Assembly: GCF_044226605.1 (NCBI RefSeq)
Contig: NZ_JBGAGS010000001.1
Location: 91,214-155,213, forward strand
Source: Prosthecobacter sp.
GTDB lineage: Bacteria > Verrucomicrobiota > Verrucomicrobiia > Verrucomicrobiales > Verrucomicrobiaceae
DNA: 64,000 bases
Reading direction: 5' to 3'
Shown: in pieces, positions 27,403 through 36,224 of the stretch
How the letters are laid out: each line of letters opens with the position of its first letter
How positions within the stretch are numbered: position 1 is the stretch's first letter
Notes under the pieces: model-generated
Databases searched by the model: none
The model's input: only the letters and a program-made list of their open reading frames with translations
What the model was told of the DNA's origin: nothing
Made by a program: the position numbers and the translations under genes

Positions 27403-28422
27403 TCAGCGCAGCAGTCCCAAAAGCTCCCGCATGCGCAGTTCGATGTTCAGGAGGCTGGCCTGAACGCCGGCGAGCCAATCCATGTCTGCGCCGTGGGGGT
27501 GCTGCTGCACCAGCTTGTCCGTGGCATTCAGGGCTGCAGCGAACAGAGGCAGGCTTTGCTCCAGATCGACCACCAGAAACTGCCACTGGTCTTTTTCTGC
27601 CTCCGCAAACTGACGCAACACATGCACGAGATGCGCGGCAAGGTCAGCAACGGTGGAGAGCAGGCGCAGGACTGCGGGGCGGGTGCGCACTTCTTCATTA
27701 AAAACGAGCAGGCTCTGAAACCGGCGCAGTTCTTTTGCCAATGCCGCGGAGCGGGGGACGGGATCCATCTCCGCGCTGCCTCTAGGCTTGGCAGGGGTCT
27801 TGCGCGGTGGCTCGATGGCATGATCCCGATTCACGATCGCGAAGGGATCGCCGCCCGGTTTCGCGGGTTGAAAAGGATCGTCGAACCCAGGACTGTGCAG
27901 GGCGTCGGCAGCTTTAGAACTACGGCTGGACCCCAGCAAGAAATGCTTCCGCCGCGCACGATTCTGACGCAGCAAAGCAGCCTCTTCATCTTTGCTCAGC
28001 TGCCAGCGCGGTGAAGATACCCGCAGCTGCAGGTGCCAGGACTGAATCAAAATGCGCTGGTGCTCCTGATTGAACCACTCAAAGAAGAGGAGATTCTTCA
28101 ATCCGGGAGGCTCGGGGAGAGTCATAACGGTTCCTGACTGCGATCTGCGACGCGGGAGTTTTGCCACGCGGTAGGAGGCGGTCATGAGGCCGCCGTAGCC
28201 ATGCTGCATGTGGGCGATGGCATCGACATGGCCTTCATTGCCATCAGGCAGCGGGTTGTGAAAATCCACGCGGCAGCCAGCGATGTCGCGCAAGAAATTA
28301 CCCACCAATTCGACTCTCACGGGCTGGTTTTCTCCAGCGAGATGCAGCACACCTGTAACCAATCCGGGCACTTCGTTGGAAAGGTACCCACCCAGGATGG
28401 ATGATTCGAGGCAAATAATCAT
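27403..28422 (-). CDS. hypothetical Arg/Lys-rich protein, paralog of 18747..19982
   Basis: 339 aa. The N-terminal block LHLAGENQPVRVELVGNFLRDIAGCRVDFHNPLP matches the other paralog. Confidence 0.6.
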   Translation of the reverse strand: MIICLESSILGGYLSNEVPGLVTGVLHLAGENQPVRVELVGNFLRDIAGCRVDFHNPLPDGNEGHVDAIAHMQHGYGGLMTASYRVAKLPRRRSQSGTVMTLPEPPGLKNLLFFEWFNQEHQRILIQSWHLQLRVSSPRWQLSKDEEAALLRQNRARRKHFLLGSSRSSKAADALHSPGFDDPFQPAKPGGDPFAIVNRDHAIEPPRKTPAKPRGSAEMDPVPRSAALAKELRRFQSLLVFNEEVRTRPAVLRLLSTVADLAAHLVHVLRQFAEAEKDQWQFLVVDLEQSLPLFAAALNATDKLVQQHPHGADMDWLAGVQASLLNIELRMRELLGLLR

Positions 28423-28613
28423 TAATTGTCATATAAACTAGAGGTCAGAAGCGGACGCCGCAAGCAGACAGTGCCCAAAACAGAGCAAAAAGTGGCCCTC
28501 AATTGGGCGGGGGCACTTTTTGTGGAACTGTGGCAAGATTGCTGCTTGTTCCACAGCCGATGTGATGGTAAGGCCCACTCCCCCTAACCTAAAACCCAAT
28601 AAAAAAACACTCC

Positions 28614-28892
28614 ATGAAAGACCTCGTATACCTCAGCCGCTCCTTCGTTGAATTTGGCCCCTTCGCTAAGAAGGAAATCATCGATTTCCAAAAGCGTGGC
28701 CTACTCTCCGACAGCGACTACCTCCGTGATGAAGGCAGCGACAGCTGGGTTCACTATCAGGAATGGCTTACAGTCGTTCCGATGCCTGAGCCAAAACTGG
28801 TGAAGACCCCTGCTGCCAAGGCCGCCCCCGCCGCCAAAGCGGCTCCGGCTACCAAGGCTCCTGCCGCCAAGAAGACGAAGAAAGTCGCCTAA
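28614..28892 (+). CDS. GYF_2 (DUF4339)-like small protein with a Lys/Ala/Pro-rich tail
   Basis: FGPFAKKEIIDFQKRGLLSDSDYLRDEGSDSWVHYQEW is followed by the tail TPAAKAAPAAKAAPATKAPAAKKTKKVA. Confidence 0.65.
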   Translation: MKDLVYLSRSFVEFGPFAKKEIIDFQKRGLLSDSDYLRDEGSDSWVHYQEWLTVVPMPEPKLVKTPAAKAAPAAKAAPATKAPAAKKTKKVA

Positions 28893-28970
28893 TCAGCGGA
28901 GAGGCCTCGTGCCTCGCTAATTCGATCTCGCGTCTGATGCGCGTCCCGCCTCCGTGCTGGACGCGCATCT

Positions 28971-30236
28971 TTGTTCATGCGAATAGCCCGCGTGACCGAA
29001 GCCGATGCCATCACCACCCGGACCCTGCGCAATGAACTGTGGCGCTCGATTCCGTCCGGGGTCATCGACACCCTGACCGCCACCTTCGGCATGCTTATCG
29101 CCGTGCGCGTGTTTCACATGAGCGACAAGGCGAAGTCCATCTTCCTGAGTGCCACCAGCGGAGGCATGGTGGCCAGTTTGTTTGTGGTGCCGCTGCTGCT
29201 CCGGGCCCAGAGCACCATTGCAAGGACGGCTGCCAAAGTACAACTGCTCGGCGGTGCCTGCATGGCCGTTTCAGCGGCGTTTCCACACGATCCGCTCCTC
29301 TACATCGGCGGTCTCAGCCTGGGGTTGTTCTGCTTCACCATGCAGATCCCGCTGATGACGCAGATTTACCGCATCAACTACCCTGCCCCTAAACGCGGCA
29401 AGCTCTATGCCGTCACGGGGGTCACCCGCGCCGCAGCGGCCATGTGTTTCGGTTTTGTGGGCGGGAAAATGCTCGGCTGGGACATCGACAACTACACCTG
29501 GCTGCTGTGGGCCTTTGCCGCGAGCGGCTTCATCTCCGGCTTCTGGACCTATGGTCTGCCGATCACTCCATGGGAGGCCCCGGAAAATTCCAGCACCAGC
29601 CTCTGGAGTTCCATGCGCTGGGTCAAAGAAGATCCCGACTTCCGCACCCTGCTCATCTCGTGGATGATGATGGGCATTGGCAATCTCGCCGCAGCATGCC
29701 TCTTCGTGGAATACCTCGCCAATCCCCGGCACGGCATCAACCTTCCCGAATTTGAGGTCGCCTGGATCACCGGCGTGGTGCCGGTGCTCGCCCGCGTCAT
29801 CTTTTCGTACCCCTGGGGTCTGGTGTATGACCGCTTCCACCTCTTCACCGTGCGTGCGGTGCTCAATGTCTTCTTTGCCGCGGGCATCCTGTGTTTTTTC
29901 CTGGGCCACAGTCTCTTCTGGTGGACCTTCGGCATGGCTTTGTGGGGCATGGCCAATGCCGGCGGAAACGTGACGTGGGCACTGTGGGTTACCAAACTCG
30001 CCTCGAAGCATGCCGTCGCGGAATACATGAGCGTGCACACGTTCCTCACCGGCCTGCGCGGCCTCATCGCCCCCACCCTGGCTTTCACCATGATCAAGTT
30101 CATGTCGTTTGATGCCTTTGCCATTGTCTGCGGCATCGCCATCCTTTCCGCCAGCGGGTTCATCACGGTGCGTGCGCGCAACAGCTCTGAGTCCGCCGAC
30201 CGCCTTCGCCCGGGTGCCAGCCAAGAACGCCTATGA
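28971..30236 (+). CDS. MFS transporter
   Basis: 421 aa with about 12 hydrophobic segments. The start is less certain. Confidence 0.8.
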   Translation: MFMRIARVTEADAITTRTLRNELWRSIPSGVIDTLTATFGMLIAVRVFHMSDKAKSIFLSATSGGMVASLFVVPLLLRAQSTIARTAAKVQLLGGACMAVSAAFPHDPLLYIGGLSLGLFCFTMQIPLMTQIYRINYPAPKRGKLYAVTGVTRAAAAMCFGFVGGKMLGWDIDNYTWLLWAFAASGFISGFWTYGLPITPWEAPENSSTSLWSSMRWVKEDPDFRTLLISWMMMGIGNLAAACLFVEYLANPRHGINLPEFEVAWITGVVPVLARVIFSYPWGLVYDRFHLFTVRAVLNVFFAAGILCFFLGHSLFWWTFGMALWGMANAGGNVTWALWVTKLASKHAVAEYMSVHTFLTGLRGLIAPTLAFTMIKFMSFDAFAIVCGIAILSASGFITVRARNSSESADRLRPGASQERL

Positions 30237-31003
30237 AACTCCATCTCGTCCAAATCGATTCCGTCTGGGAAGACCGAGCCGCCAATCATGCCAAAGCGCG
30301 CACTTTGATCGCCAGCGCAGCCCCTCAGCCCGGCTCGCTCATCATCCTCCCCGAGACTTTTTCCACCGGCTTCAGCATGAACCTCGCCGTGACCGCCGAA
30401 CCCGAAGGCGGGCCCACCGAGCAGTTCCTGCGCGAAATGGCCGCGCACTATCAGAGCTGCGTCATCGGCGGTGTCGTCACACAAACCGCCGACGGCCTCG
30501 GCAAAAACCAATCCCTCGCGCTCGCGCCCGATGGCAGCATCCTCGCCCGCTACACTAAAAACTACCCCTTCACCTTCGGTGGCGAAAGCACCGTCCACAC
30601 GGCAGGCACAGAGGTCGCCCTCTTCGAATGGCAGGGTCTGCGCATCGCACCGCTGATCTGCTATGACCTGCGCTTTCCCGAACTCGCCCGCAGCGCCGTC
30701 CGCGCAGGAGCCGAAGTGCTCATCTACATCGCCGCATGGCCGGTAAAGCGCATCCATCATTGGATCTCGCTCCTGCAAGCCCGTGCCATCGAAAACCTCG
30801 CCTACGCGATCGGTGTGAACCGCTGCGGCACCGACCCCGACTTCACCTACACCGGACGCAGCCTCGTGGTCGATCCCCACGGCCTCGTCATTGCCGATGC
30901 CGCCGAGCAGGAGTGTGTCGTCAGCACCCAGATCGATCCTGCCATCGTCCGCGCATGGCGCGCCCAGTTTCCTGCGCTCAAGGATGCAGGCATGCAGGCT
31001 TGA
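30233..31003 (+). CDS. carbon-nitrogen hydrolase (omega-amidase/YafV-like)
   Basis: LPETFSTGF carries the Glu and LICYDLRFPE carries the catalytic Cys. There is a 4-nt ATGA overlap with the MFS gene. Confidence 0.88.
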   Translation: MKLHLVQIDSVWEDRAANHAKARTLIASAAPQPGSLIILPETFSTGFSMNLAVTAEPEGGPTEQFLREMAAHYQSCVIGGVVTQTADGLGKNQSLALAPDGSILARYTKNYPFTFGGESTVHTAGTEVALFEWQGLRIAPLICYDLRFPELARSAVRAGAEVLIYIAAWPVKRIHHWISLLQARAIENLAYAIGVNRCGTDPDFTYTGRSLVVDPHGLVIADAAEQECVVSTQIDPAIVRAWRAQFPALKDAGMQA

Positions 31004-31009
31004 TCACCA

Positions 31010-31612
31010 TCACATCAAGCTCGTTCTCATTCTTCCCGCTTCGAGGATCGCATCAAACCTCCGCGCATCCGTCTCGCGGTCGCCACTGACCAGTACGTAA
31101 TCGTATCGGCGCCAGTGTTCCATTTCTGCCGCGGCGTTTTGCATGCGCAGCTCAAAAGCGGCTGCATCCTCCGTGTTGCGTCCGGACAGGCGGTTGCGCA
31201 GTTCGTCCAGGCTTGGAGGCAGCACAAAGATTTCCAGCAGGCAGCGCTTCACCAGTTCATCCTCGCAGGCGCGCACCTGCATCGCGCCCTGGACATCAAT
31301 GTCCATGATCACATCCACCCCGCGCCGCAGGTTTTCATACACATAGCTCTTCAGCGTGCCATACAGCCGGCCATGCACACGGGCGTATTCAAACAGCTCG
31401 CCACGCTCCACCCGAGCCAGAAAGTCTGTCTCGGTCAGAAAAAAGTAGTCCTTCCCATCCACTTCGCCTGTCCGGGGAGCGCGCGTCGTGCAGGAGACGG
31501 AAAACACCGCCTCACCGCGGTCACACACTTTCCGCGCCAGCGTGGTCTTGCCGGTGCCCGAGGGGCCGGAAACGACGATAAGCTGGCCCAGGCGCTGTTT
31601 TGAAAATTCCAT
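31010..31612 (-). CDS. gmk: guanylate kinase
   Basis: It has the P-loop SGPSGTGKTT, the motif CTTRAPRTGEVDGKDYFF and the length expected for Gmk. Confidence 0.93.
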   Translation of the reverse strand: MEFSKQRLGQLIVVSGPSGTGKTTLARKVCDRGEAVFSVSCTTRAPRTGEVDGKDYFFLTETDFLARVERGELFEYARVHGRLYGTLKSYVYENLRRGVDVIMDIDVQGAMQVRACEDELVKRCLLEIFVLPPSLDELRNRLSGRNTEDAAAFELRMQNAAAEMEHWRRYDYVLVSGDRETDARRFDAILEAGRMRTSLM

Positions 31613-31703
31613 CCTGTCGAATACTCACGCGAACACCGAGTGCAAGAGACTTGGCAAATGGACAGTAATGCTCCACCCTTCAAACCCATCCCGTAAATCA
31701 ACC

Positions 31704-33053
31704 ATGCAAACCGCATCCTCACGCCGTCAGTTCGTCAAAGTGGCCGCCGCCTCGGTGGCACCTCCCTTCATCCTTCCCTCCCGCGTCTGGAGCGCTGAAA
31801 CCGCCCCCAGCGAGCGCCTCACGCTCGGCTTCATCGGCATGGGCAAAATGAACAGCGGCCACCTCGGCAGCTTCCTCGGCCGCAAGGAAGTGCAGATCGT
31901 CGCCGTCTGCGATGTGGACACCAACCGCCGCGAGAATGCCAAGAAGACCGTCGAAGAACGCTACGCCAAAGACAAGGACGCCGGTTTCAAAGGCTGCGAG
32001 GCCTATGCCGACTTCCGCAAGCTGCTTGAGCGCAAGGACATCGACGCCGTCGTGATCGCCACGCCTGACCACTGGCATGCCTTCATCGCCATTGCCGCCA
32101 TCAATGCAGGCAAGGACGTGTACTGCGAAAAGCCGCTGACCCACAACATCCACGAAGCCCTGACCCTGATCAACGCGGTGCGTGGCAGCAAACAGATCCT
32201 GCAGACCGGCTCCCAGCAGCGTTCCAGCAAGGAATTCCGCGTGGCATGCGAACTCGTCCGCAACGGCATCATTGGCAAGATCGACCATGTTGAGACTCAG
32301 TTCGGCGCTCCTGCCAAGCCGAATGCGAATCCAGAAGAGCCCATGGAGCCTGGTCTCGACTGGGACATGTGGTGCGGCCCGGCCCCGCTCGTGCCCTACA
32401 GCAGCATCCTCAGCCCGCGCGGCGTCCACAATCACTTCCCCGCCTGGCGCATGACCCGCGAATTTGGCGGCGGCATGATCACCGACTGGGGCGCTCACCA
32501 CATCGACATCGCCCAGTGGGGTCTCGGTGAAGACGAACACGGCCCGGTCGAAATCATCGCCCCCGAGAAATACGCGGACGCCACCGACGGCGCCAAGCTC
32601 ATCTACGCCAGCGGCATTCCTCTTTTCCACAATGGCAAGGGCAAAGGTGTCTCCTTCTTCGGAGCCAATGGCGAAGTGCATGTGAACCGCGGCAAGTTTG
32701 AACTCGTGCTCGGCGGCAAGACTATTCATAAGTTCTGGGACAAGGATGCCGACAAAGGCACATCCCTCGACCGCGAAGTTGTCCTGACCGAGCGCGAATA
32801 CCTCGCTGACGCCAAGGTGAAGCTCTACAACTCCAAGAACCATCACGAAGACTGGCTCAACTCCATCAAGACTCGTGAGCGGCCGATCTGCGATGTGGCC
32901 ATCGGCGCCAGCACCGCCATCTCCTGCCACCTCATGAGCCAGGCCTACTACCATGGTGGCTCCATGAAGTGGAACCCCGAGAAGCACGAGTACGTCAGTG
33001 GCGGCGATGCCAAGTGGCTGACCCGCGACTACCGCGCCGGTTGGGTGGTCTAA
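31704..33053 (+). CDS. Gfo/Idh/MocA-family oxidoreductase with a Tat signal
   Basis: The internal ATG at 31704 gives SSRRQFVKVAAA. GFIGMGKMNSGH (Rossmann fold) and EKPLTHN are also present. Confidence 0.88.
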   Translation: MQTASSRRQFVKVAAASVAPPFILPSRVWSAETAPSERLTLGFIGMGKMNSGHLGSFLGRKEVQIVAVCDVDTNRRENAKKTVEERYAKDKDAGFKGCEAYADFRKLLERKDIDAVVIATPDHWHAFIAIAAINAGKDVYCEKPLTHNIHEALTLINAVRGSKQILQTGSQQRSSKEFRVACELVRNGIIGKIDHVETQFGAPAKPNANPEEPMEPGLDWDMWCGPAPLVPYSSILSPRGVHNHFPAWRMTREFGGGMITDWGAHHIDIAQWGLGEDEHGPVEIIAPEKYADATDGAKLIYASGIPLFHNGKGKGVSFFGANGEVHVNRGKFELVLGGKTIHKFWDKDADKGTSLDREVVLTEREYLADAKVKLYNSKNHHEDWLNSIKTRERPICDVAIGASTAISCHLMSQAYYHGGSMKWNPEKHEYVSGGDAKWLTRDYRAGWVV

Positions 33054-33076
33054 GCATCCGTCATTCCGTTCCCTTC

Positions 33077-33107
33077 AAGGCGGCCTCATGTGAGGCCGCC
33101 TTTTTTT
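33077..33107. terminator. bidirectional hairpin terminator between convergent genes
   Basis: aaggcggcctca..tgaggccgcctt forms a stem of about 10-12 bp, followed by T7 on the + strand. Confidence 0.7.
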
Positions 33108-33110
33108 GCG

Positions 33111-36100
33111 CTACGGTTTGTCAGCACCACCGTCAGTTCGAGGAGCGGGCAACGCTGCTCTTATCTTGTCCGCCAGCGCTCTGGCCTCCTGCTCGCTGAT
33201 CTCGACCGTGCCACCCATGATCGGCGCCTGGATCATCGGTGCTGCATAAAGCTTTCCGTCGATGATGATCGCCAGGCGCTTTCCTTTGCCATCGAAAGTC
33301 AGCTCTCCAAAACGCTCGCTGCCCTTGCCAGTAAACGAAAGGCCGATCCGCAGCCCTCCCCGCTCCTCTCCCTCACTGCCGATCACGCCCACCAGCTGCA
33401 CATCGTCCTGGGTTATCCGGATCGTCTTTTCGACGTGCAAAACCTCCCTCTGGGCCATGCTTCGGTGTCTGTTTTCCAGCCTCATCTCCTCCGTTTCATC
33501 CGAGGCCGCATCACGCACCCAGCGCATTTGCATAACTGGCCCAACCGCTGGCTTGAACGCCTTTGCCGCAGGATGAACCAGCGCCCAAACCTTCTCATCG
33601 AGCGCCACGCACTCTTTCTCAGCCGCCTCACGCTGTTTGGCCTCAGTCCGCGTCAGCGAATTGGACATTTTGCGATCCAGTTCATACCCGTGCACCATCA
33701 GCGCCTGTGCCTCCGTGCCCTCTAGCAAAACAGCCAGCTCCTTCATCTGCGCCAGCCTCTCCACATTAACCGCTCCGCTTGCTTCAGGCAGCCCCTTCAC
33801 CTTGGCGGAAGAGTCCACCAAGCTCTTGATCGAATCCATCACCTGGCTGGCCTGCCACGGCACCGGCTTAAACGATTGGCCCGCCTTCTGATAAACCAGC
33901 GCCAGGATCTTTTGTTCGATATGATCAAACTCCTCGATGATCACCTCATGCCGCGCTGGGTCAGGATGTTTGCTCAAATTCAGAAGCTCGCGGTCAAGTG
34001 ACTCTCCACGCTCCATGAGCTCTTGCGCCTCCGTGCCTTGCAGCAACATGGACAGTTCCCTTCTCCTGCTGCTACGTTCCGCGAGAATGGCCTGAAGGGG
34101 ATCGGTCGCATCGTCAGGAGGCAGCAGAGATTCGGGAAGCGCTCGGATCGAGTCCACGATCTCCACCGCAGCGCGCGGAATGGGCTTGAACTTCCGGCCT
34201 CCAACCGATGAATCCTGCACCAGCTTGTAGCGCAGTCTCACCCCCGCTTCAGACACACTCAGGATCTGCAGCATCCCTTCCGCCCCCTCGCGTGTCTGAA
34301 AAGCATAGGTCGCGAACTGTTTGTCACCCGCATACAACGTTTCGGACAAACGGTTGATCGTGCCGCTAAGACGTTGCTGAACTTCCGTAGCCGTCAGCAT
34401 TCCCCACGCATCGCGGTCCAGCGCCTCGGTCTTAAGGCCAAGCACCACCAGCTTGCCAGCATCTCGCGCAGGAGCATGCACTGCATCCATGCCAAACTCC
34501 ATTTCCCACGAGAGACGCTTGTTCACCGCTTGCGGCAAAAAGTTCCCGACTTTGCCCGTGTCAAAATCGAGCAGCACATTCGGCGCGATCTCTCTCTCAG
34601 TCACAACGCCAAAGCTCAAAGTGGAAGCCTTCGCTTCCGCATGCTGCACATCCTGCCCAAAAGTCATGACGATCAAAAGCGGTGCGAAGGTGATGAGAGT
34701 CTTTAATACCACACAGCAAATGATCCAGAGACCCATCGTGCGAGTGGCCTGCCGTGCTGCACGGCGTTGTGACCACACAAACAGGGCGAACACCAGCATC
34801 ACATGCAGCAGATTGGCCACGTTGCTCAGGCTTGAACCCAGGTACATAACCTGCTCTGGCATTCGCTTGATGCGCAATGCGAGCTGGTGACTCATAAACC
34901 AGGACTGCAGTACGGTCACTGGTGCGAATCCAAGATAGGCGATCATCCAAGCGAAGATCGCGCGCGCGATCGGGTTGAGGGGCACACCCGAAGGCTCCTT
35001 CCACACACGCCAGAAGGCGATGACTCCGGCTGCAAGAGAGGCGATGGCTCCAGAAGTAGCCAGCTCATGATCCCATTCACCGGGCCCCGCCCCCCAAGCG
35101 GACAGTCCATAGGTCCCCATCGCCATGCACACACCGCCAAGCACAAGACAACTCGCCGCTATCAACGGCCAGCGCCACACCTCCATGAATGACTGCTGGC
35201 GTGCCGCCACACACCCAGGCCCCGTTCTCCCCACCGCCTCCACCCGCGTGCGAAATTCCACGGCCGTCTGGTATCGCAGCTCCGGCGTCTTCTCCAGCGC
35301 ACGCAGCACAATCTCATCGATCCGCACATCGATCTGCACCTTGCGCGAAGGCGGCACCATTCCTTCACCCGGCCGCTCCCCTGTCAGCATCTCATAAAGC
35401 ACCACCCCTAGGCTGTAAATATCCGCCCGATGATCGGTCGTCGCGGCACCATCATGCTGCTCCGGTGCCGCATAGTCGGGCGTCCCAAACCCCAGTGATG
35501 CGGGCACCTCTGCCCGCAGTTCCGGGTCATACACCACAGCCTCACTCTCACGCCCATACATCTTCGCAATCCCAAAGTCCGCGATCTTCACCGTCCCCGC
35601 TTTATCAATAAGCAAATTCTCCGGCTTGATATCCCGGTGCACGATGCCGTGATCATGCGCGCATTGCAGCGCCTCGCACACCGGCGGGATGATGCTCAGC
35701 GCCTCCTTCGGCGTGAGATGCTTCGTCTTCAGCAGCTGCCGCAGATTCACCCCGTCCACGAATTCCATCAGCAGGAAATAAAACCCGCCCGCCTGCCCAA
35801 AGTCATACACACCCACAATGTGCGGATGATTCAGCGCCGCCAGTGCCTGCGCCTCCTTTTCAAACCTCGCCGCAAACTGCGGATCATCCGCCCGCTCCGG
35901 CGCCAGCAGCTTCAGGGCCACCCAACGGTTCAGCGACTTCTGACGCGCCTTGTACACCACGCCCATGCCTCCGCGTCCCAGGCACTCCATGATTTCCAAC
36001 TGCGGAAAATGCGGTGCCAGCTCTGCTGGCGTTAGCATTGGCTGCGGCGCGGCGCTTTCTCCCGCCTGCGTAGGTTCAATAATCTGCGCCATCAGGCAGC

Positions 36101-36209
36101 GCGGGCACAGACCATCCAGCGATCCCGGCGGCAGCGTGGCGGAGCATTGCGGGCAATGTTTGACGGTGGATGAATCGCTCATGTCGATACCTGATGGAAT
36201 GCCGGTCAA
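33111..36209 (-). CDS. Ser/Thr protein kinase with a zinc ribbon, a multi-TM region and a large extracytoplasmic domain
   Basis: The zinc ribbon is CPQC...CPRC. The Hanks kinase motifs are GRGGMGVVYKA, HRDIKPENLL, DFG and APE. It has about 5 TM helices, a tandem ~106-aa repeat and a SecD-head-like C-terminus. Confidence 0.9.
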   Translation of the reverse strand: MTGIPSGIDMSDSSTVKHCPQCSATLPPGSLDGLCPRCLMAQIIEPTQAGESAAPQPMLTPAELAPHFPQLEIMECLGRGGMGVVYKARQKSLNRWVALKLLAPERADDPQFAARFEKEAQALAALNHPHIVGVYDFGQAGGFYFLLMEFVDGVNLRQLLKTKHLTPKEALSIIPPVCEALQCAHDHGIVHRDIKPENLLIDKAGTVKIADFGIAKMYGRESEAVVYDPELRAEVPASLGFGTPDYAAPEQHDGAATTDHRADIYSLGVVLYEMLTGERPGEGMVPPSRKVQIDVRIDEIVLRALEKTPELRYQTAVEFRTRVEAVGRTGPGCVAARQQSFMEVWRWPLIAASCLVLGGVCMAMGTYGLSAWGAGPGEWDHELATSGAIASLAAGVIAFWRVWKEPSGVPLNPIARAIFAWMIAYLGFAPVTVLQSWFMSHQLALRIKRMPEQVMYLGSSLSNVANLLHVMLVFALFVWSQRRAARQATRTMGLWIICCVVLKTLITFAPLLIVMTFGQDVQHAEAKASTLSFGVVTEREIAPNVLLDFDTGKVGNFLPQAVNKRLSWEMEFGMDAVHAPARDAGKLVVLGLKTEALDRDAWGMLTATEVQQRLSGTINRLSETLYAGDKQFATYAFQTREGAEGMLQILSVSEAGVRLRYKLVQDSSVGGRKFKPIPRAAVEIVDSIRALPESLLPPDDATDPLQAILAERSSRRRELSMLLQGTEAQELMERGESLDRELLNLSKHPDPARHEVIIEEFDHIEQKILALVYQKAGQSFKPVPWQASQVMDSIKSLVDSSAKVKGLPEASGAVNVERLAQMKELAVLLEGTEAQALMVHGYELDRKMSNSLTRTEAKQREAAEKECVALDEKVWALVHPAAKAFKPAVGPVMQMRWVRDAASDETEEMRLENRHRSMAQREVLHVEKTIRITQDDVQLVGVIGSEGEERGGLRIGLSFTGKGSERFGELTFDGKGKRLAIIIDGKLYAAPMIQAPIMGGTVEISEQEARALADKIRAALPAPRTDGGADKP

Positions 36210-36224
36210 ACCTTACACATTTTC

